A stretch of 64,000 nt of DNA. Source: Macrostomum lignano (taxonomy: Eukaryota). Below are positions 1-15,330 of the stretch, one piece after another. A program made the position numbers and the translations under genes. The notes beneath the pieces were generated by a model that was not told where the DNA came from, ran no database searches, and saw only the letters and a list, made by a program, of their open reading frames with translations. Within the stretch, counting starts at the first letter, position 1; the number at the start of each line of letters is the position of its first letter. The stretch covers positions 350-64,349 of the forward strand of contig NIVC01003025.1 in assembly GCA_002269645.1 (NCBI GenBank), written 5' to 3'.

Positions 1-88
1 TTCTTATACCAAAAATTTTGGCATTCTTCTCAAATCATTCCTTAAACAACTTTTAATATTTTATGCATTTTTCTCCTCTTGAAAAGCT

Positions 89-828
89 GATTTTAGCATG
101 TTTGGACATCCCAAAGCTATTAAACAATAAAATTAACAACTTTGTTTTTCAGTACTTTTTCCATCTTTAGCAATTCCTAATGATTCTTAATAATTCAAAA
201 ATCAAAGTTTTTTTATTTTGGATTGGTGTGAATTGGTACAATAAATGATAGTGCTGCAGGATAGCCTCTTGGCATGCTGCTGATAGACTTAATGGTTAAT
301 GGTCCTAGCAAGAAACTTAGCAGCAAGAACATAAGTCTGAGTGCTCATACTTCCCTTCAATCTAACCAACTCATCCCTTTGGGCCATAGACACTCTTAAG
401 CATCAATGCCATATTAGACAACATGTATCATATTTTCCATTCTCCAAATATTTGTACTTTTTGTTCTGCAATTCAGTCTTGTACTTGTCTACTATGCTCT
501 TCCCCACAGACAATTCCAACCATTAATTGGGACATTAGATATTTCAGCTAACCTATTTACTATGTTAGTTTAAATACAAGTTCAACTTGCACCTTAGGCC
601 CTTCATTTCTTTTCTACCCTGCTCATCACTTATATTATTAGTTATTAGTTAATTGTCAACTTTGACAACATAATTCCCACATTTTTGCACTAGTCTGAAA
701 TCAGAAACTTTAAACTTCAAATCGTTAGGAATTGTTAGGAATTGCTGAAGATGGAAAAAAGTACTAGAAAACAAAGTTATTAATTTTACTGTTTTAGTAG
801 CTTGGGGATGTCCAAACATGCTAAAATC
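89..828. mobile_element. Foldback/MITE-like element with long imperfect inverted repeats
   Basis: 89-119 (GATTTTAGCATGTTTGGACATCCCAAAGCTA) is the reverse complement of 798-828 with 1 mismatch. About 138-195 pairs with about 720-778. True ends and TSD not resolved. Confidence 0.6.
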
Positions 829-3536
829 ATAATGAAAATAGTTTTCAAGTTTTTAACAATTGTATAAAAATAATGTTTTTACAGCATGAAGTTTAGGGCC
901 TATACCAAAGATTAAAGCAATCATGATATGTATACCAAATTTTGTGCTACTTTTTGTGACCCACTTCCCATTTGAATTTTTATTGAAAAAGTTATACAAG
1001 ACCACCAAAAATGCCTAAATTTTTAAACTAGGTGGCCTAGGCTGAATTTAAAAAATTGGTAAGACAGTTCTTGCAAAAATCCATTACAGACATAAAACAG
1101 CACAAAATTAGTATTTAAATTTGATTTAGTATATGGATGGTCTAAGATACAAGGCGTACCTATGGCATACCTACCTAGTATACTATAGACTATAGTATAA
1201 AAGTTAACTTTAGTTCAAGACTAGGCCCTAGACAACTAGAGAATTGAAAATCAACTTACATCGAAACACCACTACTTGATGCAATATCCATGACTTATGG
1301 TTAATACTTGATAAGTTACGCTTTCTTTGAAACAATAAATAACTCCTTACAGATTACACTGCAAACGGAATATATTGCACAATATATGCAAATCAGTGTC
1401 CGAATAAATCCGAAATCAGTTCGTTTTTACGTCTGTTAAACTTGTAAAGATGCAAAATTAATTTTACAGATTAGTGAAGCTAGGAAAAATGCATTGAAAT
1501 AATTTTTTAGAATAAATTTAGGATTAATTTACTTTTTTGTATTTTTTGTAAGATATAAGGTATTATAGATAGATTTATTTAAATGAGTACTTCACGGTTA
1601 AGGTTGCGAGCCTGCAATGAATGCAATGCAAACTAATTAATTTTTTTAGCTACTTCACTGTCTAAATTTTGGAAACGAGTCTATCCCAATAAAATCTCTG
1701 AGAATAGTCGATTCTGTCGATGTGCAGAACTTTCGCGAAGGTTACTACATGCTGACGTAAAATACCTTAACCTGGGGGAGTACTTCGAGCTAGGGAAGCG
1801 CAAAACCCATCTGGACGATATAAAGCTACTGCGTCGACACAAAGGTCATGCATGGGTCATTGGTCATAGCAAACGTTCAGTCGTGCATCAGATTAAAGGA
1901 AATTCAAGTCCAAAATATATATACTTTTTCTTGATTGATTTTGTCAAATATATCATGCATGTACAGGTATATATGACCAAGATGAAACTGGCGTTCTCGA
2001 TGACAGAAGCCATGATGACATGCATTATAGCTGCATAAATGTATGTACATGTATTAAGAATGAAGATCACCAGCTAAATACATGTAAATTAATGTGGGTT
2101 ACACATGTGAACTTCGACGAGCAATGGCCTCGGTGGGAAAAATTCGCGCGGACCATGCAACTTCGGCGGGCAAACTCCGCGCAGACAATTTTATATATCG
2201 ACCCTAAAATAGCCAGCATCTGTGCATATATGTATGGCTCATTGGGAAAAGCAGTACATGTACGTGGATGAATCCTCTGTGCTCCGACCTTTACTGCATG
2301 TAGCCGTAGGTATGTTGATGATACCTAGATTTTTTATTTGGCTAGCAATCATGCAGAGTGGATTTATCCAAGTCATTACCCTTACTCACCCGAACTGTTC
2401 ACTGTTGACGGGTTTGATTGTGCCTAGACATTGTTAGCGCTAAAGGTGTATCGCAAACACATTTTTCACTGCGGTGTTCCCGCGCTGGTGGTAAACGGGT
2501 CTGATTGGCTACACTTTGCACAGCGTTTAATATCTGCAAATACCTGGCAATCCCTTTACCAAGAATTGATCGATTCACCTCATTGATAATTTTCAACAGA
2601 ATGCTTATCCTGGAAGTTTCCTTGCTAAAGTGTTTAATGGCTTTCTGACAAAGAAAATGATCCCCCCCCAATAAGTGTATCAGATTTGACGAATCTAAGG
2701 TGTCTAACTCTACACATGTATAACTAATGAGTTGATCAAATTCCAATTCATTGGTGCTCAATCTCTGATTCTTGAAAAAAGGCTTAAAAGAACTTTCTTG
2801 AAGTACTTGAACTCTCAAATCTTGGTTGCGTTTCAGCCAGTCCGCTAAAATCGGTCAGTTTATTTTGTTAGCAGGTTGGAAGCGAAGGTCCCTAAAGCTG
2901 GTGTCGTGCATAAATTTTGTTGCTATCTTGATCCGGGCAATTTCTACATGGAAAAACCAAAAGACACTAGGCCTAGGGAGCACACCTGGCTAGTCGCACC
3001 CGACTAAGCTGTTCACTATTCCGGATAAGTGTAGGTTTGACGGCATAACTCAGAATTCTGAAAGCTTTGCACATGAAGCTCCACAGACCTACCACTATAA
3101 ATGTTGGTGGTGTCCTTCAATCTTTTACAATATAATAAAAAACAAACGCTATGAAAACTAGGTCTGAAAACACAGAAAATGATTTGCTAAACTAAGGAAA
3201 ATAATAAAAGCTAAAAAATGAACGAATGAATTATTGACTAATACTGCACTAAAAACAAAAAGTAAATAAATTTCAGTACATGTTATTTCTTTCTACCTGG
3301 TAAGACATGTAAAACTTAGCAAAAAGTCATCAGACATCTGTCCTATTCTGTCCTAGCTTGTTTAACTGCAGTGCAGGATACTTCTATAACAAATATCATA
3401 CGGGAAAATCTGTGAAAATGCAAAAACAAAGCATTTTTATTGAAGTAGAAGGTACATGTACTCGTAGATTGTCGTCCAATCAGCAAGCTTTGTCAGTTAA
3501 AACACTTCGAATTAGCTGTGGATACGGTTATGAAGC

Positions 3537-3573
3537 CAGAGACAGACAGCCAGCCAGAGACAGACAGACAGCC

Positions 3574-3646
<73 letters not shown>

Positions 3647-3663
3647 TACATACAGCCAGACAG

Positions 3664-3706
<43 letters not shown>

Positions 3707-3753
3707 CTAAGACAGACACTAAGACAGACAGACAGACAGACAGACAGACACTA

Positions 3754-3786
<33 letters not shown>

Positions 3787-3789
3787 CTA

Positions 3790-3826
<37 letters not shown>

Positions 3827-3829
3827 CTA

Positions 3830-3918
<89 letters not shown>

Positions 3919-3919
3919 C

Positions 3920-3983
<64 letters not shown>
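3537..3983. repeat. (GACA)n microsatellite just 3' of the CDF stop codon
   Basis: About 110 GACA units with occasional CACT/CATA interruptions; explains spurious ORFs 3358-4071, 3518-3754, 3528-4046 and 3787-4026. Confidence 0.98.
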
Positions 3984-3984
<1 letters not shown>

Positions 3985-4079
3985 AATAGGCAGTTCAGAT
4001 ACGAATACACAGTAAATCTGTTGCAAGATTTCCCGTCAAAGATCATACAAAAATGTAATCTGGGTCACTAGCGGCCTTG

Positions 4080-4648
4080 TCACACCTGCTTGTGCTCAGT
4101 GCTGGGGTGGTGCATGAACTCGTAATCCACGTGAACAAACGCCCGTTCTACACCGCCCAAGCGCTCCAGTTTGCGCTGCAGACTCTCGCCTATATCGTGC
4201 GCCTCGCGCAGGGCTAAATCACCTGGCACAACAATGTCCACCTCAACCAGATAGTTGTTGCCAATGTGAAATGCTCGCACGGTTTCCAGCTGCTGGATCA
4301 GTGGGTGATGATTGACGCAGATAAAGATAATCTGCTTCAGGTATTCAGAATCGGCCGTGTACCCCGTTAGCAGCCGGATCTGCTGCTTCAGCGTCTCCGC
4401 CCAGGTGTAAATAATATAGACACTGATGGCCAGAGCTCCAATCGCGTCGAAGTAGGGCCAGACATAGGCCGACAGCACCGTCATGATGAGCACGGTGGCG
4501 TTGGATACGCAGTCGTTGCGATGGTCCAGAGCCAGGGCCCCAGTGCTTGATGTAGTGCCAAGCCTGTGGCACAGAATGAATAGAAACAGCTTGAGAATGA
4601 TCACGGATCCGATCAGCCCGAACACGGAGCCCCAGCTGGTGCCATAGT
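4080..4648 (-). CDS. Cation diffusion facilitator (Mn-CDF/MTP8-11-like), exon 4 of 4
   Basis: Acceptor ttttgcag|AC (phase 1). Encodes TM5 ALDHRND, DAIGALAISVYII, and the C-terminal dimerisation domain VRAFH...VEVDIV...EAHDIGESLQRKLE...VERAFVHVDYE; stop TGA at 4082-4080. Confidence 0.92.
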
Positions 4649-4691
4649 CTGCAAAATGCAAAGGACCATTCGCTTAGAAACGGGTCGATGG

Positions 4692-7600
4692 GACACAGAC
4701 CATCTACCGTGAGACACACGGACCATCTACCATAAGACACACGGACCATCTACCATGAGACACACGAATAATCTACCATGAGACACACGGATAATCTACC
4801 ATGAGACACACGGATAATCTACCATGAGACACACGGATAATCTACCATGAGACACACGGATAATCTACCATGAGACACACGGGGACCATCTATCATGAGA
4901 CACACGGATAATCTACCATACGACACACGGACCATCTATCATGAGACACACGGATAATCTACCATGAGACACACGGACCATCTACCATGAGACACACGGA
5001 CCATCTACCATGAGACACACGGGGACCATCTACCATGAGACACACGGATAATCTACCAGGAGACACACGGACCATCTACCGTGAGACACACGGATAATCT
5101 ACCATGAGACACACGGGGACCATCTACCATGAGACACACGGATAATCTACCATGAGACACACGGACCATCTACCATGAGACACACGGATAATCTACCATG
5201 AGACACACGGGGACCATCTACCATGAGACACACGGATAATCTACCATGAGACACACGGACCATCTACCATGAGACACACGGGGACCATCTACCATGAGAC
5301 ACACGGATAATCTACCATGAGACACACGGATAATCTACCATTAGACACACGGACAATCTACCATGAGACACACGGATAATCTACCATGAGACACACGGAC
5401 CATCTACCATGAGACACACGGATAATCTACCATGAGACACACGGATAATCTACCATGAGACACACGGATAATCTACCATGAGACACACGGACCATCTACC
5501 ATGAGACACACGGATAATCTACCATAAGACACACGGAGACCATCTACCATGAGACACACGAATAATCTACCATGAGACACACGGGGACCATCTACCATGA
5601 GACACACGGACCATCTACCATGAGACACACGGACCATCTACCATGAGACACACGGGGACCATCTACCATGAGACACACGGATAATCTACCATGAGACACA
5701 CGGATAATCTACCATGAGACACACGGACCATCTACCATGAGACACACGGATAATCTACCATGAGACACACGGACCATCTACCATGAGACACACGGATAAT
5801 CTACCATGAGACACACGGATAATCTACCATGAGACACACGGACCATCTATCATGAGACACACGGACCATCTACCATGAGACACACGGATAATCTACCATG
5901 AGACACACGGACCATCTACCATGAGACACACGGGACCATCTACCATGAGACACACGGATAATCTACCATGAGACACACGGATAATCTACCATGAGACACA
6001 CGGACCATCTACCATGAGACACACGGATAATCTACCATGAGACACACGGGGACCATCTACCATGAGACACACGGATAATCTACCATGAGACGCACGGACC
6101 ATCTACCATGAGACACACGGATAATCTACCATGAGACACACGGGGACCATCTACCATGAGACACACGGATAATCTACCATGAGACACACGGACCATCTAC
6201 CATGAGACACACGGGGACCATCTATCATGAGACACACGGATAATCTACCATACGACACACGGGGACCATCTACCATGAGACACACGGATAATCTACCATG
6301 AGACACACGGATAATCTACCATGAGACACACGGATAATCTACCATGAGACACACGGATAATCTACCATGAGACACACGGACCATCTATCATGAGACACAC
6401 GGACCATCTACCATGAGACACACGGATAATCTACCATGAGACACACGGACCATCTACCATGAGACACACGGGGACCATCTATCATGAGACACACGGATAA
6501 TCTACCAGGAGACACACGGACCATCTATCATGAGACACACGGACCATCTACCATGAGACACACGGATAATCTACCATGAGACACACGGACCATCTACCAT
6601 GAGACACACGGGGACCATCTACCATGAGACACACGGATAATCTACCATGAGACACACGGATAATCTACCATGAGACACACGGACCATCTACCATGAGACA
6701 CACGGATAATCTACCATGAGACACACGGGGACCATCTACCATGAGACACACGGATAATCTACCATGAGACACACGGGACCATCTACCATGAGACACACGG
6801 ATAATCTACCATGAGACACACGGACCATCTACCATGAGACACACGGGGACCATCTATCATGAGACACACGGATAATCTACCATACGACACACGGGGACCA
6901 TCTACCATGAGACACACGGATAATCTACCATGAGACACACGGATAATCTACCATGAGACACACGGATAATCTACCATGAGACACACGGATAATCTACCAT
7001 GAGACACACGGACCATCTATCATGAGACACACGGACCATCTACCATGAGACACACGGATAATCTACCATGAGACACACGGACCATCTACCATGAGACACA
7101 CGGGGACCATCTATCATGAGACACACGGATAATCTACCAGGAGACACACGGACCATCTACCGTGAGACACACGGATAATCTACCATGAGACACACGGGGA
7201 CCATCTACCATGAAACACGGATAATCTACCATGAGACACACGGACCATCTACCATGAGACACACGGATAATCTACCATGAGACACACGGGACCATCTACC
7301 ATGAGACACACGGATAATCTACCATGAGACACACGGACCATCTACCATGAGACACACGGGACCATCTACCATGAGACACACGGATAATCTACCATGAGAC
7401 ACACGGATAATCTACCATGAGACACACGGACCATCTACCATGAGACACACGGATAATCTACCATGAGACACACGGGGACCATCTATCATGAGACACACGG
7501 ATAATCTACCATACGACACACGGGGACCATCTACCATGAGACACACGGATAATCTACCATGAGACACACGGATAATCTACCATGAGACACACGGATAATC

Positions 7601-10600
7601 TACCATGAGACACACGGATAATCTACCATGAGACACACGGACCATCTATCATGAGACACACGGACCATCTACCATGAGACACACGGATAATCTACCATGA
7701 GACACACGGACCATCTACCATGAGACACACGGGGACCATCTATCATGAGACACACGGATAATCTACCAGGAGACACACGGACCATCTACCGTGAGACACA
7801 CGGATAATCTACCATGAGACACACGGGACCATCTACCATGAAAAACACGGATAATCTACCATGAGACACACGGACCATCTACCATGAGACACACGGATAA
7901 TCTACCATGAGACACACGGGGACCATCTACCATGAGACACACGGATAATCTACCATGAGACACACGGACCATCTACCATGAGACACACGGACCATCTACC
8001 ATGAGACACACGGATAATCTACCATGAGACACACGGATAATCTACCATGAGACACACGGACCATCTACCATGAGACACACGGATAATCTACCATGAGACA
8101 CACGGGGACCATCTACCATGAGACACACGGATAATCTACCATGAGACACACGGACCATCTACCATGAGACACACATGGACCATCTACCATGAGACACACG
8201 GATAATCTACCATGAGACACACGGACCATCTACCATGAGACACACGGATAATCTACCATGAGACACACGGACCATCTACCATGAGACACACGGATAATCT
8301 ACCATGAGACACACGGATAATCTACCATGAGACACACGGATAATCTACCATGAGACACACGGACCATCTACCATGAGACACACGGGACCATCTACCATGA
8401 GACACACGGATAATCTACCATGAGACACACGGATAATCTACCATGAGACACACGGACCATCTACCATGAGACACACGGATAATCTACCATGAGACACACG
8501 GGACCATCTACCATGAGACACACGGATAATCTACCATGAGACGCACGGACCATCTACCATGAGACACACGGATAATCTACCATGAGACACACGGGGACCA
8601 TCTACCATGAGACACACGGATAATCTACCATGAGACACACGGACCATCTACCATGAGACACACGGGGACCATCTATCATGAGACACACGGATAATCTACC
8701 ATACGACACACGGGGACCATCTACCATGAGACACACGGATAATCTACCATGAGACACACGGATAATCTACCATGAGACACACGGATAATCTACCATGAGA
8801 CACACGGATAATCTACCATGAGACACACGGACCATCTATCATGAGACACACGGACCATCTACCATGAGACACACGGATAATCTACCATGAGACACACGGA
8901 CCATCTACCATGAGACACACGGGGACCATCTATCATGAGACACACGGATAATCTACCAGGAGACACACGGACCATCTATCATGAGACACACGGACCATCT
9001 ACCATGAGACACACGGATAATCTACCATGAGACACACGGACCATCTACCATGAGACACACGGGGACCATCTACCATGAGACACACGGATAATCTACCATG
9101 AGACACACGGATAATCTACCATGAGACACACGGACCATCTACCATGAGACACACGGATAATCTACCATGAGACACACGGGGACCATCTACCATGAGACAC
9201 ACGGATAATCTACCATGAGACACACGGGACCATCTACCATGAGACACACGGATAATCTACCATGAGACACACGGACCATCTACCATGAGACACACGGGGA
9301 CCATCTATCATGAGACACACGGATAATCTACCATACGACACACGGGGACCATCTACCATGAGACACACGGATAATCTACCATGAGACACACGGATAATCT
9401 ACCATGAGACACAGGGATAATCTACCATGAGACACACGGATAATCTACCATGAGACACACGGACCATCTATCATGAGACACACGGACCATCTACCATGAG
9501 ACACACGGATAATCTACCATGAGACACACGGACCATCTACCATGAGACACACGGGGACCATCTATCATGAGACACACGGATAATCTACCAGGAGACACAC
9601 GGACCATCTACCGTGAGACACACGGATAATCTACCATGAGACACACGGGGACCATCTACCATGAGACACACGGATAATCTACCATGAGACACATGGACCA
9701 TCTACTATGAGACACACGGATAATCTACCATGAGACACACGGGGACCATCTACCATGAGACACACGGATAATCTACCATGAGACACACGGACCATCTACC
9801 ATGAGACACACGGGGACCATCTACCATGAGACACACGGATAATCTACCATGAGACACACGGATAATCTACCATGAGACACACGGACCATCTACCATGAGA
9901 CACACGGATAATCTACCATGAGACACACGGGGACCATCTACCATGAGACACACGGATAATCTACCATGAGACACACGGATAATCTACCAAGAGACACACG
10001 GATAATCTACCATGAGACACACGGACCATCTACCATGAGACACACGGATAATCTACCATGAGACACACGGGGACCATCTACCATGAGACACACGGATAAT
10101 CTACCATGAGACACACGGATAATCTACCATGAGACACACGGATAATCTACCATGAGACACACGGACCATCTACCATGAGACACATGGACCATCTACCATG
10201 AGACACACATGGACCATCTACCATGAGACACACGGATAATCTACCATGAGACACACGGACCATCTACCATGAGACACACGGATAATCTACCATGAGACAC
10301 ACGGACCATCTACCATGAGACACACGGATAATCTACCATGAGACACACGGATAATCTACCATGAGACACACGGATAATCTACCATGAGACACACGGACCA
10401 TCTACCATGAGACACACGGACCATCTACCATGAGACACACGGATAATCTACCATGAGACACACGGATAATCTACCATGAGACACACGGACCATCTACCAT
10501 GAGACACACGGACCATCTACCATGAGACACACGGACCATCTACCATGAGACACACGGACCATCTACCATGAGACACACGGATAATCTACCATGAGACACA

Positions 10601-11702
10601 CGGATAATCTACCATGAGACACATGGACCATCTACCATGAGACACACATGGACCATCTACCATGAGACACACGGATAATCTACCATGAGACACACGGACC
10701 ATCTACCATGAGACACACGGATAATCTACCATGAGACACACGGACCATCTACCATGAGACACACGGATAATCTACCATGAGACACACGGATAATCTACCA
10801 TGAGACACACGGATAATCTACCATGAGACACACGGGGACCATCTACCATGAGACACACGGATAATCTACCATGAGACACACGGATAATCTACCAAGAGAC
10901 ACACGGATAATCTACCATGAGACACACGGACCATCTACCATGAGACACACGGATAATCTACCATGAGACACACGGACCATCTACCATGAGACACACGGAT
11001 AATCTACCATGAGACACACGGATAATCTACCATGAGACACACGGATAATCTACCATGAGACACACGGACCATCTACCATGAGACACATGGACCATCTACC
11101 ATGAGACACACATGGACCATCTACCATGAGACACACGGATAATCTACCATGAGACACACGGACCATCTACCATGAGACACACGGATAATCTACCATGAGA
11201 CACACGGACCATCTACCATGAGACACACGGATAATCTACCATGAGACACACGGATAATCTACCATGAGACACACGGGGACCATCTACCATGAGACACACG
11301 GATAATCTACCATGAGACACACGGATAATCTACCATGAGACACACGGATAATCTACCATGAGACACACGGACCATCTACCATGAGACACACGGACCATCT
11401 ACCATGAGACACACGGATAATCTACCATGAGACACACGGGGACCATCTACCATGAGACACACGGATAATCTACCATGAGACACACGGATAATCTACCATG
11501 AGACACACGGATAATCTACCATGAGACACACGGACCATCTACCATGAGACACACGGACCATCTACCATGAGACACACGGACCATCTACCGTGAGACACAC
11601 GGATAATCTACCATGAGACACACGGACCATCTACCATGAGACACACGGATAATCTACCATGAGACACACGGACCATCTACCATGAGACACACGGACCATC
11701 TA
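4692..11702. repeat. About 7-kb minisatellite, 23-bp unit GGACCATCTACCATGAGACACAC (variants GGATAATC.. and 25-bp GGGGACC..), filling CDF intron 3
   Basis: About 300 tandem units read directly; intron 3 is 11813-4649. Confidence 0.98.
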
Positions 11703-11813
11703 ACAAAAACAAGAACTATTCACGAAAAGACACATCTGGACAACGTGAGACACACTAGTCGCTTCCGTAAGACAGTTCTAGAAAATATGCAGGCGTACAA
11801 GTCAGCGACCTAC

Positions 11814-12294
11814 CACCGTGGCCCGCTGCCAGTCCGGAGACGAACACGGAACCATTAGCATCATTGTCGCATAAACAGAAACTGGCATTGCTGGCTACAG
11901 TCTTAGTGTCCATGGCCATATTGACAATAGACTCGATAGCTTTAATAATAATCTGAATTGTAGACGTGGACATGATAACGGCCAGAATGACAATAGCGAT
12001 GGGTTCCAGGCGAGTCTTGCCCTGCGGATAATAATAAGGATTCCGGGATTTCACCTGCCGATTAGCGATCCAAACAACGATACCGCTGACTAGATCAATT
12101 AGCGAATCAATTAGCGAAGAGACAACAGATAATGAGCCGGACAGAGCGATGGCGGTGCCTTTGATGATAGCCAATGCTAAGTTGATAAAAAATGACAACT
12201 GGGCAAGCCGAATGGAGCACCTCGTGTCCGACTCTTCAATATCGACTGCGTCCGGGTCGCCGCCGTTTTCACCTCTCACTGGTGGGTCATCGGC
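11814..12294 (-). CDS. CDF transporter, exon 3
   Basis: Acceptor ctcaag|GCC (phase 0), donor G|GTAGGT (phase 1). Encodes TM1 SFFINLALAIIK, TM2 SLIDSLIDLVSG, and YPQGKTRLEPIAIVILAVIMS, typical of MTP-type CDFs. Confidence 0.9.
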
Positions 12295-12319
12295 CTTGAG
12301 GATGAGAGTAGGGGATTAT

Positions 12320-13630
12320 TGATTCAGGCTGATTGTCAGTGCGGATTCAGGTTGATTGTCAGGGCGGATTTAGGCTGATTGTCAGGGCGGATTCAGGCTG
12401 AATGTCAGTGCGGATTCAGGCTGAATGTCAGGGCGAATTCAGGCTGAATGTCAGTGCGGATTCAGGCTGAATGTCAGGGCGGATTCAGGCTGAATGTCAG
12501 TGCGGATTCAGACTGATTGTCAGTGCGGATTCAGACTGAATGTCAGTGCGGATTCAGGCTGAATGTCAGGGCGAATTCAGGCTGAATGTCAGTGCGGATT
12601 CAGACTGATTGTCAGTGCGGATTCAGACTGAATGTCAGTGCGGATTCAGACTGATTGTCAGTGCGGATTCAGACTGAATGTCAGTGCGGATTCAGACTGA
12701 TTGTCAGTGCGGATTCAGACTGAATGTCAGTGCGGATTCAGACTGATTGTCAGGGCGGAATTGGGCTGATTGTCAGGGCGGATTCAGGCTCAGGATGATT
12801 GTCAGTGCGGATTCAGACTTATTGTCAGTGCGGATTCAGACTGATTGTCAGGGCGGATTCAGGCTGAATGTCAGGGCGGATTCAGGCTGATTGTCAGTGC
12901 GGATTCAGGCTGAATGTCAGGGCGGATTCAGGCTGATTGTCAGTGCGGATTCAGGCTGAATGTCAGGGCGGATTCAGGCTGATTGTCAGTGCGGATTCAG
13001 GTTGATTGTCAGGGCGGATTCAGGCTGATTGTCAGTGCGGATTCAGGCTGAATGTCAGGGCGGATTCAGGCTGATTGTCAGTGCGGATTCAGACTGATTG
13101 TCAGGGCGGATTCAGGCTGATTGTCAGTGCGGATTCAGGTTGATTGTCAGGGCGGATTCAGGCTGATTGTCAGGGCGGATTCAGGCTGATTGTCAGTGCG
13201 GATTCAGGTTGATTGTCAGGGCGGATTCAGGCTGATTGTCAGTGCGGATTCAGACTGATTGTCAGGGCGGATTCAGGCTGATTGTCAGTGCGGATTCAGG
13301 TTGATTGTCAGGGCGGATTCAGGCTGATTGTCAGTGCGGATTCAGACTGATTGTCAGGGCGGATTCAGGCTGATTGTCAGTGCGGATTCAGGTTGATTGT
13401 CAGGGCGGATTCAGGCTGATTGTCAGTGCGGATTCAGACTGATTTTTAGGGCGGATTCAGGCTGATTGTCAGGGCGGATTCAGGCTGATTGTCCGGGCGG
13501 ATTCAGGCTGATTGTCCGGGCGGATTCAGGCTGATTGTCCGGGCGGATTCAGGCTGATTGTCAGGGCGGATTCAGGCTGATTGTCAGGGCGGATTCAGGC
13601 TGATTGTCCGGGCGGAATTGGGCTGATTGT
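12320..13630. repeat. 23-bp minisatellite GATTCAGGCTGATTGTCAG(T/G)GCG filling CDF intron 2
   Basis: About 57 units; period 23 measured (13451 to 13474); intron 2 is 13712-12295. Confidence 0.97.
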
Positions 13631-13712
13631 CAGGAAGCTTCCATAATAACATCCAGAGTTTGCAGAAAGTTTCAGGAGGTTCGCAACGTTACAGTTTCGT
13701 TCCACAACTTAC

Positions 13713-13856
13713 CTGAACAATATCATTGTAGATCCTCTGATAGGTGTCAATCATCCGGTCTTGCTGCTTGTAGAACTTGCGCACCCGCCGGTCCATCTGG
13801 GCTGTGTCTACGTCACCGCCGCCTGTGCTGACTCTGCGCAGCTTATCCGAAAACAG
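13713..13856 (-). CDS. CDF transporter, exon 2
   Basis: Acceptor gcactcag|CTG, donor CAG|GTAAGT, both phase 0. RRVRKFYKQQDRMIDTY resembles the conserved cytosolic N-terminal motif of MTP8-11-like CDFs. Confidence 0.85.
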
Positions 13857-13911
13857 CTGAGTGCAACCGAGAGAAAATAAAGCAGTTGGTCTGATATCCG
13901 GCCTACCAAGC

Positions 13912-14455
13912 AGTCTGCTACCACACAATCTACCAATCACTCAACTACCACACAATCTACTAATCAGTCTGCTACCACACAATCTACCAATCACTCAACT
14001 ACCACACAATCTACCAATCACTCAACTACCACACAATCTACCAAGCAGTCTGCTACCACACAATCTACCAATCACTCAACTACCACACAATCTACCAATC
14101 ACTCAACTACCACACAATCTACCAATCACTCAACTACCACACAATCTACCAATCAGTCTGCTACCACACAATCTACCAATCAGTCTGCTACCACACAATC
14201 TACCAATCAGTCTGCTACCACACAATCTACCAATCACTCAACTACCACACAATCTATTAATCACTCAACTACCACAAAATCTACCAATCACTCAACTACC
14301 ACACAATCTACCAATCAGTCTGCTACCACACAATCTACCAATCAGTCTGCTACCACACAATCTACCAATCACTCAACTACCACACAATCTACCAATCACT
14401 CAACTACCACAAAATCTACCAATCACTCAACTACCACACAATCTACCAATCAGTC
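13912..14455. repeat. 27-bp minisatellite CTACCACACAATCTACCAATCA(GTCTG/CTCAA), left half
   Basis: About 20 units; ends abruptly mid-unit at the left TIR of the 14456-28857 element. Confidence 0.97.
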
Positions 14456-14559
14456 CCCTCTGGTAAATAAACCAGATAACACCACAAGATAATTTGCAAA
14501 TCTTGTCAGATTCACTACCGATTTCCTTGTTTGAGTTGCGAAACTGGTGAAACCACCAG

Positions 14560-15330
14560 ATTCGTCACCAGGTAATTTTTTGTTTTCTTATTTGACTGTT
14601 ATCTGGTGAGTTATCTGAATTTCACCAGATAACATGGCCCGAATCTTGCTTAGAAATCAGATTACATGACAAGATTTGCCACCAGATAATTTTTTGTTTT
14701 CTTGTTTGACTGTTATCTGGTGAGTTATCTGAATTTCACCAGATAACATGGCCCGAATCTTGCTTAGAAATCAGATTACATGACAAGATTTGCCACCAGA
14801 TAATTTTTTGTTTTCTTGTTTGACTGTTATCTGGTGAGTTATCTGAATTTCACCAGATAACATGGCCGGAATCTTGCTTAGAAATCAGATTACATGACAA
14901 GATTTGCCACCAGATAATTTTTTGTTTTCTTGTTTGACTGTTATCTGGTGAGTTATCTGAATTTCACCAGATAACATGGCCGGAATCTTGCTTAGAAATC
15001 AGATTACATGACAAGATTTGCCACCAGATAATTTTTTGTTTTCTTGGTTGATTGAATCTTGTTTGAATCGGAATTTCACAGGATAACATGGTGCGAATCT
15101 TGTTTGAAAATCAGATAACAGTACAAGATTCGCCACCAGATAATTCTCTGTTATCTTGGTTGATCGAATCTTGTTTGAATCGGAATTTCACAGGATAACA
15201 TGGTGCGAAGCTTGTTTGAAAGACAGAAAACAGTACAAGATTTAAATCAGAATAACTGTGCGTTATCTAGTCTGTAAGAAACCTGTGTGAATCTGAAATT
15301 TACCGGATAACAGGATGCGAATCTGGTTTG
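14560..15330. repeat. 114-bp subterminal tandem repeat of the outer element, rich in AGATAA/TTATCT motifs in both orientations
   Basis: Period 114 measured (14567, 14681, 14795, 14909), degenerating toward 15330. The same AGATAAC motif occurs in the TIR and near the right end (28600-28830). Confidence 0.9.

Noticed and set aside
2399-2818. 139-aa minus-strand ORF as a gene or transposase relic
   Set aside because: No recognisable motif, splice context or flanking repeats; cannot be supported.
4692-11702. CRISPR-like array
   Set aside because: Units are directly tandem without unique spacers; eukaryotic intron; no cas genes. The same applies to the 38-, 40/41-, 49- and 58-bp arrays.
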